Below the pieces are notes generated by a model, which saw nothing but the letters and a program-made list of their open reading frames with translations, did not search any database and was not told where the DNA came from. A program made the translations under genes and the position numbers. DNA of 64,000 nt from Botryllus schlosseri (Eukaryota): positions 6,574,001 to 6,638,000 of the forward strand of contig CM119372.1 in assembly GCA_051294905.1 (NCBI GenBank). Reading direction: 5' to 3'. Positions 1 to 13,500 of this stretch are shown here, piece by piece. Every line of letters begins with the position of its first letter. Positions within the stretch are counted from its first letter, which is position 1.

Positions 1-1430
1 CTGTTTTGAAATTTTGAATCACTGCACTTCAATGCTGGAGAAATATATTTTAGAAGGCGAAGCGTATATATATAATGTGGTGTATCGTTGCATCATTCTG
101 GTTACATAGGACTATCGAATTCGTGCAATAGACGTGATAAAAATACGACATCCAGAAAACATTCTATAGCAGCTGGAAGATTTGTACGAATGTCGGGAAT
201 AATTATCTAATCCTATTAATGCGCTGACCCTTCAACCAAGGTTTTAACAGAGTTTATCGATTGATTCGAAATCAGACACTATATTCACGCTTTTGCTCCG
301 TTTCGGCACCAATTTCATTATGAATGTTATTTTCCCACGTTCGGCAGAGGCAAGCGTGTTTGCCGTGTCCAGGTGTGGGGAGATTCAGTGACAAAAATTT
401 TTGACGCGCATTGAATATAAGTTTGCAAGGCGAGGAAGCAACATACAACTTTGATGCGCCGAACGGCCGGTAAATATTTTAAAACATTCGAAGGAATTTC
501 AAACGTTCCACCATTTCTTCCTAGAAAATGGCTCGTACCTAAGCACGTGCCTAAACTTGGACTATAAAATGAGCAATGGGCATACGGTGAAATTCGAAAT
601 TTGTAAAAATGGCACGGTGTAAAATAGTTCCGAAGTGCGCAGCGGGTGCGAATGAAATCGGTTTACGCGGGTCGTTGCATATTTAAAGACCGAGTAATTG
701 CGGTTATATTTGTGGTTTGTCACGTATCACGTAATTTTATATCTAGAGTAAAATATATCATAAGCAAGCGACAGCGTCCACAATCACAGCAGGACTGAGT
801 CTAGTATGTTCACTAGTTATTTGGTTGTGTTTTACAATTGAGATGCCGGGCTATTGTCACTATATTGTTACATATGTGTTTGTGTGATTTTCACATTCAT
901 GTATATACCATGGTGTGGATATTCGTATCGAGCAGACAAGTCTGTCATGCACATGCCGTGGACTATTCAGTATTCAGTTTCCTGCTACATATATCCATCT
1001 ATGAATCCTCTATGCTTTAGCCTATCTTAATCTGGAGTACAATTGTAGAGACATTTGTAGTTCTCAGATTTAGCTTGGTCAAGAGTCTAGTAGCAGAGTA
1101 ATAATATATTCGAAGCTGAATCGCGAAAATTTGCAAGTATCTGGGATATATCTATATGAATATCAACTAAAACATACATAAATACGTGAATTGCAAATTA
1201 CCGGCGACACAACATTTACTTTTCACATGTCCTGCAATTCATTATGAAACCGTGAAATGAAATATCTTGTAGTAAAACTGAAATAGTTTAGAGTCGTATT
1301 TCAATCAGCTAATCCGTTCCGCTTTTTGTTTATCTTGCGATATCTCAGACAGCATATTGATATAGTGATACAAATGTACAACTGAGAAAACCATACTTTT
1401 GACACGCAAGCGCTCTCGACGGCCTGGTAA

Positions 1431-1519
1431 ATGAAGATTTACAAGCAAACACCAATTTATGTTCTGCTAGCGAGTTTCGTATGGAGTTGGAGCTCATTAC
1501 TCGTCAGTGCTACATGGTG
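1431..1519 (+). CDS. Wnt: Wnt exon 1 (signal peptide MKIYKQTPIYVLLASFVWSWSSLLVSATW|W)
   Basis: ATG followed by a hydrophobic signal peptide, ending TGG TG|gtgagt. This is the typical Wnt split-Trp phase-2 intron, and it joins the phase-2 acceptor at 6152. Confidence 0.85.
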
Positions 1520-4500
1520 GTGAGTGAATAGTTTATAATTAAGGAGTTGATATCAAAAGTATATTGGGATTTTCACCTGTTGCTCTTGCGAGAAACAAGC
1601 AAAAAATAAACAATTGATTTTGCGTCAATGATAACAGGTAATTCGTAGATACCCATTCCCACACTATATGACAGTGCATCACTGCATCATGGTGGCATAT
1701 AGACTGTAATCACAATATCATTCAATGCAGTACCATGATGGGCCTGTATCCATTACAATTATATATTCCTTTGGATTTATAACAATGCTTTTTTAATACT
1801 TTTGGTTTTCCAAAAGTGATGATGTCGGTTTTGCATGCGATTTGTAATTTTTCTGTTAAATGTCCGATGTTCAAGTGCATGATGGTGGAAATAAGGGAAA
1901 ACGATACGCTTTAAGTACATGTATTCAATGTATAATGCTTCAACAATAATTAGATATATCATATGTGGCTAATTTCATTGATCAAGCATTGCGCAAATCT
2001 CATTGAAATAAGTTGTCATGTCCCTATATCTCAGTTACATGCATCGTTTCGCTGCCGGGAGTGTCAAAACTACGGCCCGCAAGCCGAGATATTTTTTCCG
2101 TAAATATAAATAAAATGGCTCGCGAACTATGCTAGACACTAAAGTTTCGACACAAGTTGATTCTTAATAAGTCAAAAGGTGGTTCTACGCTAAACTAAAT
2201 GATGTAAATGCAGATCTTCCTCAAAATCACCAGAAATTAGTACTAAATTATATTGATACTTTTTGACACTGCATTTATCGTATAAATATATTTTCTACCA
2301 TATGGATTCGAGTGTTAATACGTCTGTTTTCATTATTACCTAACGAAAACACCAAATTGACACTTATACCAAGTTAAAATGCATTGCAATACAAAATGCT
2401 ATCCTCTCGCGGCCTTGACCCTTCTACTAACACCCTAACGCATAATACAACGAAGAGTCAAATGAAGCTTTTGTGGTATCTTCGTCGAAAATCTCTCGAC
2501 GGCATGGATGGAAATTTTCCATTCCATATCATATGTTATGCCCTGGCTATACCATACATATGTTATAGTAGTAATTACCTATGCAAGTGCGCATTGAGGA
2601 TATTATTTAATTGAACGATTGATAGATAATGACGCATGGTGGTTTGGAGTATTTTTTCGGAGGGCATTCTTGGGAAAGTCCCAAATTACCGTGACAATGT
2701 ATCGCCCGAAGAAAATACTCCATGTTGAAAATATATGTCATGAAATACTCTATATGTGAAATAATATTGGGCCCCCTTCACGTTTGCCCGATTAGGGGGT
2801 TTGGAGCGCGGCCACTGTCTGCCGTCAACCTACTGATTATTGATGCCGTTTAATTACGCGTCATCATTTATGTAAATAGCGAAATTTAGCACTCCGTGGT
2901 AAACTCAATTTAATAGACTCATTAAGCAATTTTACAACTGTCGCTTGCACCAATTGAGAATCTCAAAGCACCTATATTCTGTCCTTGATCGAATGCTGAC
3001 GATATAATATAGTAAAACACTAAATTCCGGTGTCAAGAATGCTGTACATTCTATCTACCTATTTTGATAGTAATGCTTAAGTGATATTATTACTAGGATT
3101 AGTGAAGATATACTGAAAATAATACCTTAAAACGACATATTCTCCAAAACCACAAGTGATTTTGTATTCGTCGCCCGACAAGGACACAATACGATGAACG
3201 CGTCGCTCCAGGTGTCAGTTGACATAAACATGATAAATTTGATATCAGCAACGTGTGGTCGCAAGTCGTACCAGCATCGATCAAATATTACTGAGCAATT
3301 TTTGCTCAACGAAGCGAAAAATATGGGTCTTGGGATATCACGGACGCCAAATTGGCTCATTCCGCAGTGTGTTCTGGAAACGCAGTCACAATGACGTGAC
3401 GTGAATGTATCAAAATGTAGTCTTTCCGAACGCTTTACGGAAATTCTTCCTCCATTAGTCCAATTTGACGGATTTCGCTGGTTCATGGCGCTTAAAATAT
3501 CCCCGCCTATGATTGTGGATATGTTTACCTTCCACACCAATTACATAGATAATAGATACCTCAGACGGTGTGTAGCCTGCCGAGGGGTGAATCTCATACG
3601 AAAGGTAATTTTTCATAGTAAATTATTCCCGAGCAGTCTCATTAACAGATTAAATATGAGAGGTGAAAAGTTACCTGTTCGACACCAGATGTTCACACGG
3701 ACTATAGCCGCACCCCGTTTTGCAAGATCACCTTAAATCCTATGTGACGCGTTTTCAGTCATTTTTTCATTATTTGCGGACGCCCCACAATACGTGATTT
3801 ATAAACGTTTCAACTGATGAATCGGGTGTATCCTCACTTTCCCTAATGACGCACTGGATCGCACAGGAGCATGTACAAATGTCAAAAAGACAACTTTGTG
3901 TCAGACAGCGTATGTCGTCGTATGTGGCATAGTATATATATGTTAACACTAACCGATAGACGATCGTGACAAGAGCTTTTCTCAATGCCATAAAAAGATA
4001 TAATGCCGGTCCCTTTTTAGAAAGCGTGACCTAGGATACATTGACACTACAGTAACACGACGAGATCATTCATTCAGCATTGTTACGCACGTTTGCAAAG
4101 TACACCGTATACGTTGTTAACGTTTTACGGCGTTATGAAGCCACGACAAAACCATCATAAAAATCGCCGATTATCACTGACTGCCACTATATATATAAAT
4201 ATGAATGTAACCTGTCACAGTGTCACATCATGCACGATAAATGAACTGTGCATTGCAGTTATCATACCACTGCCGTAAAGGGTTATAGCAACTCGGAACC
4301 AAAATATGTCGCAAGTTGGTAGCTATTGGCAATGCGTTTTATTTTATGTTTTCAGTGGGTTTATGTGTTTGCAAATAAATATAATTTAATGGAATCCAAC
4401 GACTTTACGAGCTTTGACTTTAACTTATATATTGTCAAATATTACGTCACAATTCAATTACAGACGAACGTTTGCCTACTCATGGGGTTAATTTAGATCG

Positions 4501-7500
4501 CATAAGTCGCAGACATGCGTCGTAATCAGCATCATATACACCATAAATCGATATACGGCATGGATTCTGAATAGGTACGAATTGATATCCGTTTTATATG
4601 TTTATATATTGTCTGTGATTTGCGACATTCCCGCATCGGATACTCGAAACCGCAACTCGACATATTTTCTGCGGTTCAATTGCAGGGGTCAACTATATGC
4701 CTACAAAGTTTTTATATAACCTGAAAGCATCTTTTAAAGCTACGTGTCATTAACAACGGCATCATGAATCACGGCTATGCTTTGATATGGTGCATGTGTG
4801 AAGATTACAGATATAATCATTATGAATCATTCATACAGTATTCTATATGGACTTGCTGTAAGACAATAACTCTGAGCAGGAATATAAAAATCTTACATGT
4901 GTTGTCATGTACATCCCGTTTTATTCATAATAAGGACAACCACCTTAGTTCGGTGGTTACATCACGATGTGCTGGTTTTCAATTTGGGAGTTGTACTCCC
5001 TGGCTGACCGAAGGAACGATGGACACTGTACAGTTATATATCCCTCAAATTTATGTGTTTTAGTTTTAGCACATGCTGTATTATGGTGGGCTTGCGAATA
5101 ATCCAGTTCGACATAAACTAACTCAATTTACTAAGACGCATGGGCAATTAGGTAATTCACAACTGGAGTCAGATGACTCTTATTTCCGCCTATCTGCTTT
5201 GAGTAAGCCTCCCTGACGCGTAGAGTTGTAATTCTTCGCAATAAGCAAATAAAAGAGGGATTTCTTCAGGTTCATAATCACTACGAAAATCCCGAGGGCC
5301 CAGCTTCAAAGACTATGAATGGAAAGTTATGATGGGAAATGCGACATTTCATCTTGCTCTGTCTTACCGTAAAACATATATGGGCTGCGGACGCGGTGAC
5401 GCACTTTACAAATGAACGATGCCGTCCCGGGCATATTACACTGAAAAGTCATCCGCGCAGTATAAGGTTACGACTTCTTCCGCAGATATTTTTTGGCTCA
5501 TTTCGTTCCTAAATGATCGCATTCTTTGTGAGACGATTTCGTTGGTCGGTAAAGGATTAATATTTGGTTTCCCTGGCGTTAAAACAGGGAATCACTGCGT
5601 TTCGTATTTGCGCTGCTGTAAATTATCGAAATGTTTTGTATGGTGTCCCGTCTTGTGAAATCTCAATAGAAAACAGAACCCGTGTTGAAATAAAAGGTCG
5701 TCTGCGTCTTACAGATCGTAAATCTCAGTTCATCCAAGTAAGTGAATACATCAGATCGCACGGAATCGTGAATTAATATTCAATACTGGAAATAAATCTA
5801 AAGGCGCAATTAATCTTCCCAACCATAGGAAATGACATGTGACGACATTGTGCATCAAACGTTCACCGAGAAACAGGAAGTCTCAAGTCATATGTTGTTG
5901 GCAGAACTGTAATAAAACGTTTAATGACGATTTTGATTTCACGTACTGGCCACAGAAGCTTATCCGATTACAATTGATAAAAATAACTCTCTCTCTCTCT
6001 CTCTCTCGCTCTCTCTCTGATGTTTCAGATTGCATAATGCATATTCAATGTGTCAGCATCTCAGTATCTGCTACTTTCAGTTTCACAACACACGGCGAAA
6101 TGACCGTTTTAATTACCACTCACCAACATCTCAATAATTATTACATTACAGGCTACTCAACGTTCCTCCACACGATCCTACGGAGCATACGACCAGCACA
6201 AAGGGGACAAAACTCTACTGCAACTCACTGCGTTTCCTTTCGCAAAGGCAACGAGAACTGTGCATACAACACCCCGATATAATGAGAAAAATTAGCGAAG
6301 GGGTGCATTTAGGCGTACGGGAATGTGGATATCAATTCCGCAACAGCAGATGGAACTGTACAATGTACCCGGGACGACCAAAGCAACACGCATTTGAACC
6401 GGTAATGCGAAATAGTAAGTATATGGACCCTCAATCAATGTGGGATGAGGTGTCATACTATATATAAGTTGAGCAACTGGGCATATATGGGCACAAACCA
6501 GCATTTAATCAAGTATTATAGCACAAAATAACATCAATTACGAATATCGCTTTAACAAAACTTTAGGATTTAGGAATGAAATTCGCGTATGTGGCGTTTG
6601 GGAACTCAGTCATCAATCATTACTACGGCCACTCTCATATGGCATGTTAGCGTAGGAAATAGGTGAAATTAATAGGAAACGTATCAATGATCAAAACATT
6701 AGGGGGCGAATCACACTGACAATTTCTGCGAAATACGTTTCGTTACAAATACCGGAATTACAAAATCAACAATGTGTCGGCGGAATTCCATTAAATTGCC
6801 ATGAAAATGGCTTTGTGTTTGGTTACAAAATTTGTCATGAAAACGATCAGGTTGCGGAGCGGCATCGCGTCGTTCGGCATGCCTCAGACGGAATGCGGAC
6901 AAAATTTTATCCTGGCGATAATGATCGAACGGTTAACAGTAAATATTGATTGCAATTGAAGGTGTTGATGTGGTCTTTGTGAATGCGAATGCCGTGTCTT
7001 TGAAGTAACTCACTTCTTTATTCGCCGACAGTCAAGTTCGTTTACTAGCTAACACTCAAAGGTCACAAATACGAAATTTGTATTTCCGAAATTCGCGTGG
7101 TTTGAAAGATAGAGAAGTAACGGTGCAGCATGCCACTGCGTAAACCAATGCTGCACGTCCATGAATCTTTCATACGCTATCGTAAACTGGCGATGCACAA
7201 TGACTTATGAAACGGCCTGCTACATATATATGTACTTGATGGTACATTAGTACACAGATAATTTAAAGTGACAATATATAAACATGAAAACTATATGAAT
7301 TACTACATTGTGAATATAGCCAGGTGAATGTTCGCAATTTCATCAAAGTTAAAGTAACAGAATCATACAAAAGTATACTAACATAGTTCTCTGAAACAAT
7401 AAATCTCAATAACCCCGTATCATTTCATCCATTGTACGGCCATGTTTGCTTGATACAGCGATGATCGCGCGTTCGCTAGCCAACTGATGGTAAGATCATA

Positions 7501-10500
7501 ATTATCTCTGCATGAGAGGAAAGGTTTTGATTAGATTCCTAAACGCCGAGTTCAATGTTGACAGATGGGATTGATTACAAACGCAAACAGCGTCACCAAC
7601 TTCACATGTACGATGCTCATTTAATCTTGACCTTGACAGAAAATGATAGTCGGATGTTTACGCAAGGCCGCAATAGTTAAACATCCGCTCTGCCAGGGTA
7701 TCGAGATTACCTTTACCCGTAGCGTCTAATGATTTTTAGGGAATTCGCGGTTCGCTGAAATCTCGATGAAGCGACTTAGTTTAAGGGATACTCATTATGT
7801 CCCGAGAAAGATCTTTATTCAGCTGACGGAAAAAGGGCTTTCGACACCGTGCGGTCAAGTATCATGGTAAAATCCGACGCTTGGCTGCAAATCTTGACGA
7901 TTCCCAAGCTCTCGGTACACGTGCTTACTGGAACGACACATAGATTTTCGCTTGTTGCATTGACCCGTCCCTAACCGGTTGAAGAGTATAGGAATCTCGT
8001 GTCGTGCCATTTACCGATCCGCTAGTAGTAATCTTAGACAGAAGAGAGAACGATCAAACGAAATTTAACGGAGCTCAAAACGACAAAAACTCGTAGATTA
8101 TAACTCAATACTATGTATTCAAATAGTAGCAAGGATTTCATTGTGTTGCTCCAAGTAGAAATTGGCGGTTTTGACTTCTCAGTCGTCGATAATGCCGTTT
8201 AACTTTTCAAATTTCGTATATAGGCGCGGGAATGTGTGCCGTATATAGTACACGGTGTTCATCGCTTATTTGGGTCCGGCGTGAAAGCAATTTTCAAGAT
8301 CTAAGTTTGTTCTGCAATCGAATCACAGCGCGATTGACAAACATGGAGGGGTGAATGGGAACGTCAGACATCTGGAATTTATCAATGCGGCCCGTTTGAT
8401 GTATATTCTGCGGTGCGACACCGAAATCTGTTTAATGTTGAATGTAAGCTTGACCAACCCACTTAAATTTTGCTAACAATAGCTGGCCGATTAAACGATC
8501 TCATATCCTATTCTTATCCGTAGTATTTGCGTCAAGGCGTAAACTTGGCAGCTTCCACTATGCTGATCGAACGCGACTGCTAACGGGTGTTGGAAAATAA
8601 ACTGAACGTATAATACCTACAAAGTCGCGATTGTAACATATTTATTACATCATGCACCATGAGTAACGCTTATAAATAGACAATAGGGATTCACCTGGTA
8701 AGAGCAGATTGCTAGTTATCGTAGTTTCGATGTTGTCTTATGCTGTAGAATCATAGACACCGTATATTCTCTCAGGATACTAGGTTCCACCTCTACCTTC
8801 CAAGATATATTAACTTAACTTCGATGTCATGTTACGTTTTGGCATAAGCATTTCCACAAAAGCACTACCACAGTTATATCCCCCATACATTGATTGAAGA
8901 TATCAAATTTTACTATATGTTACATTACAGCACGTGGATTTTGTACCCCCAGCGGAAATTTTTACTCTTTTTACGATTCAGCGTGTGCTGACTTGGCGAC
9001 TGGCATACCTAAAGTGTATGAGCGCGTCCCTCCCATGGAAGTGTCATGGTCATTATTTTTCGCAGAGGGCAAAGAAAGAGCCTATATCAACGCTATATTA
9101 TCTGCGGCTGTTTCATTCACTGTCACGGAAGCATGTTCACGCGGCGAGTTGAAACTGGACTGCGGGTGCGCCCGAATGAAACGGAATTATGATCACGAAG
9201 CTCGAAGAGTGAGTACGGCGTTGTGAAGTTCGTGTTCGTGAAGAGGTGCTAAATCATGCCCCGCGTCGATTCGGGTCCGGAAGATATACATTATGCATTC
9301 CTTCAATTCTTTTCCTGTTCAGCCAAGAGCCCGTGACAGGCCAGAACTATGACATAGGGTTGTAATCAAGTCACAAGATCCTGAGTCACAAGTCAATTAT
9401 ATACTTTTATAGTTTTGACTCTCGAGACAATTCGAGTCATTTTCAATTCACCACCGCGTCAAATTCGAGTCCAAGTCAGGATTCAAGTTCGAGTCCGAGT
9501 CACAGTCTTGACACTCAAGTCCTATTCCAAGTCATTATGTTCACTGTTCCAGTCCTGTTCAGCTCACTTTTTACAACTCACTTTACACAGTTTCTGCCCC
9601 TATTTTACAAATACCAGTACTGATAGACGTGGTAACTTACTCTTCTTCGAAGTTGCAATGAAATGCCCGTCTTGGCCGACCGAGATCGAGTCACGCGTAA
9701 TGACTCGAGTACAAGTCAAGTCGAGTTAATACACAAATTGCCTCAACTCAAGTCTGGAGTAGAGTCATTTTTCATATATGAGGAAATGTCCCGAGTCAGG
9801 TCGTGTCAGACTCGGATCTAGCCATGAGTCGAGTCATTGCACATTTGCTATGGCAAGCATCGGTTACCTTATGGCAGGGCTGCCCAACCTTTTCAGCCAA
9901 AGGGCCACATTCAATCGACGAAATATTTCGTGGGCCACAAGCCGCGCGAAGCGCGAAAATTTTGTCGAAGTTCATAGCTGAATAATATTGTCACTTGACT
10001 ATATTGCGGGTCTGCAGTATATCGCTGGGCTCAGTTTGCCAGCACTGGACTATTCAGCGCCTGGACATATCAATTTCGAAAGCTTCGACCAACATGCGTC
10101 AATCGTTTTGTGCCTCGGTTTCATAGTCGACGGTCTTTCTGCGAACGCAAACGCTAGGTCGCATATGTTGAACGACACTGTCTCGTAATCGAGAATATAG
10201 TTTGACTCAATCTGATACATTAGGTATTCTTTCATTTTCACAAAGGGGTAACAATATTAGAAGCAAGAAATCGAGTGACAACATGTTGCGCGAAGCGTGT
10301 AGCAAATATTTACTTTTGATAAATTTATCGCAAATTATTCTGCTTTATTGTAGTGTACGAAGATCTACCGAAGTGTGACTGGCTCATGGAAATGCCAATG
10401 CGTCGTAACTGATATTTTAGTCATAAGATCTCAAGTGTTGCTTCCAGACTAATCAAATTTTTGGTTGGCCTTGCAAGTTCACAATCTGTGCAATTCATTT

Positions 10501-13500
10501 TTTATAACATTACGAATTTCGGAAATTACCTCGCGGGCCACTCAAAACCTTCTCGCGGGCCACATGTGGCCCGCGGGCCACGGGTTGGCCGGCCCTGCCT
10601 TATGGATACCACTAAACCAGAATAAGACCCAGCTTTAGCGGGAGCGAACCAATTTCTGCAATTTCTATCGGCAAAGCATTTTTGGATTAAGGGTGCGTTA
10701 CGTTGTTTCAGACATGTGAAAATTCATTCTCTTCGCTGAGACGCTGATATTTCCAGAAATAAAAATAGTTTAGCAACAAGGAATATGGCTGCATTCGATA
10801 TTCAGCGAATCTGCTGTTAACTATTCATTCTTACCCCGACCGAAGAACGGAAGTCCCTCGGCGTTATTCATTTGACCTTATTTTAACTGCGTAGTTTCAT
10901 CACAAGTCGAACCCTAATAGGATTTGAGGTATTACTCCCTTTGGCGCATGAAACCTCCGCCGAAATTTCCCACGATCCGAATTCTACCCCTTAGTGCACG
11001 GGTAAAGGATGAGTAGCTGCAACATTTCTGCGGTTTGCGATCATTCGCGGCGCATCAAAATATATTTTCGGCAAGTCCTGGTAGCACAGGTGCGAATGAA
11101 CGGGCGCGTGTCTCGCAACACTTGAATCGAAATTTGTTTCACGAGCATTACTGTGTTGAATATCCGCATCGGATCTTCGGCAGAGCACTCAATTTGAAAT
11201 TTGAAGTTATGTCGTGGTTATCCGTCGATTTCAAATATTTGTCTCACCCTCATAACAGGATTACATTTCAGAAAGGTTTCGCTCAAGCAGTGATAATCGT
11301 GCAAATTCCTTTGTTCCGAAGTAAATTTCTTGGGAATTTCGTCAAGCAAAGTTAAGTCAAACGATTTAGGGAAAGATCGCGGCTCTCACTAGAATCCACA
11401 TTTTCCATTTTGCGTCTGGAAACGCGCTCCGGTCGCGTATAAAGCGACATACTGTGCAATTCGTGCAGAGTTATAATATTATGGTCCTGGTCCCTGGGTG
11501 CGGGGTACGCTTTTGTCAAGAAATAAATTTGGCTCTTTTCTACTTAAGACTTGAGGCTATTATATTATTGTGAAGCAACACACAAAACTATAATTAATAT
11601 GGTAGACTAGGGTTGTTCCCAAAATCATTAGCATGAACCGACACTAAACGCAGTTGTTTTACAGAGATCATTTGAATGGGGAGGCTGCTCCGATGACGTG
11701 ACTTTCGGCGATGGCATATCCAGAGATTTTTTCGAGGAAAATATTCGCAACTCCCGAAAGGGATTGGAAGTATTGGATTTACATAATAAAGCTGCAGGAC
11801 GCAGGGTAAGTCATTTCGACAATCAATAATGAATGTTACAAGCAGAAAGACGGACATAGTACTCTAAATATGGTATATGGCAGTGGTTCTCAACCTTTTT
11901 GGCTTCGCGGACCACTTTTTGGCCCTCACGGACCCTCGCGGACCCCCTAAAATTTTAGTTCAAATTTAGCTCAATTGTGGTGCAACCGTCATCTGTCTTG
12001 TGCAAATATGAACTGTAGGCTTGTGATAAACAGCAATAAAATGAATTTTATTGAATATAACATCATACTATTTACGTAGAAATTGGGTAGACTCTTATCA
12101 TTTTAAGCTAATTTTGCAGCTTTATTTCTTAAATACGTGATTGTGTCTTGAAAATCCGCGTCTTCGATTTAATATGAATGAGTGCCGACAATCCATTCCC
12201 CCAAAGATAGATGGAGGCTAATCTAATATTAATGCGTAACGCTTCTGACGATACGTTTGGTGTGGTCGCAACATTTATGGCACCAAAATAAAGAAACATC
12301 TTTTTAATAAACATGTCACGTCTAGCCTAGCCATTTTTATCTAGCATCTCATCTTGAAGATGTTCTGGAATAGCGGTTAGGTATATTACAGGATAAAATG
12401 TATTTCGTGGCTAGGTTCCAATCCCTTCATTGGGACAAATTAGGGAAATACATCAGGAACTTTCATTTCAGACGACTGTACAGTGTACACTAATTTGATG
12501 AGACTTCAAATCGAAAAGGTTTCGCAAACATTACGACGACACCCTGATTGACCTTACTATCTCCTTACTTTTATTTTTTTCACAAACCCCAACATAACGT
12601 CTCTAAACAGCAATATTGTTGTAAAAGAGGGTTATTGGCAATTTGGCAATTAACATGAATTTGCACAGTAGGATACTTCATGTCGGACGATTATTCTGAT
12701 GACGTGAGGCATGACGTTTTAGCAGTTGTGGAGCGAAACTGCCTCATGCGTCCCTAACTTAGAAAAAATACAAATTAGGTTATCAATCACTTAACTAGTT
12801 TAGAGGTCTCGCGGACCCCCTGAAATTGCTTCGCGGACCCCCGGTTGAGAACCATTGGTATATGGTCTCAAACTGCAGTTGGTACCGTGAAAAATATTGG
12901 CAGCACCTATTTTCCACATAAAACCACCGTATTCGAGCTGTAAACAAATGATTTTCATAAGTGGCCCTATTGCATTTCAGCAATCTCGGTGGTATTAGGC
13001 TACGTGTCATCGCTTCTTAACACTTTACGAACTGTTCATGAAAATATGACTGTGTAATTCGTCTTCTTGAAATCAAAGTAGCTTATGTCTATTTTCCACA
13101 TTTTGACGAAATTAACTTTGTATAATGTTTTCATATTCTTTCGGTGAAATCTTGGTTATGATTTACTTTCAGACAATGTGATAAACATAAACATGACCAA
13201 GATATGGCCGAAAAAATGAAAATTTTACAAAAATCTAATTTTCTATAAATTTGAAAAATGGACATAAGCTACATTGATTCTACTCCGATGAATTACTACA
13301 GCGACATGTTTCGGAGTGACGCCGATTTCAAATTAATAATAGTCTGCGCTCGAGATTACGGGACCAAGATTTGTCATTGATTTCGCTTACCAACACACAC
13401 CATTTCATTTTCATCGCTTGTCCATTTTATCATATTTTCTGTTACTTTTGAGTCAATGGCCATGGCCATGGCTTGTGTCTGATCGAAAGACCTCTGCAAG

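Noticed and set aside
3099..3736. Cluster of overlapping ORFs in Wnt intron 1
   Set aside because: No family motif recognised; possibly a decayed element, but I cannot support a call.
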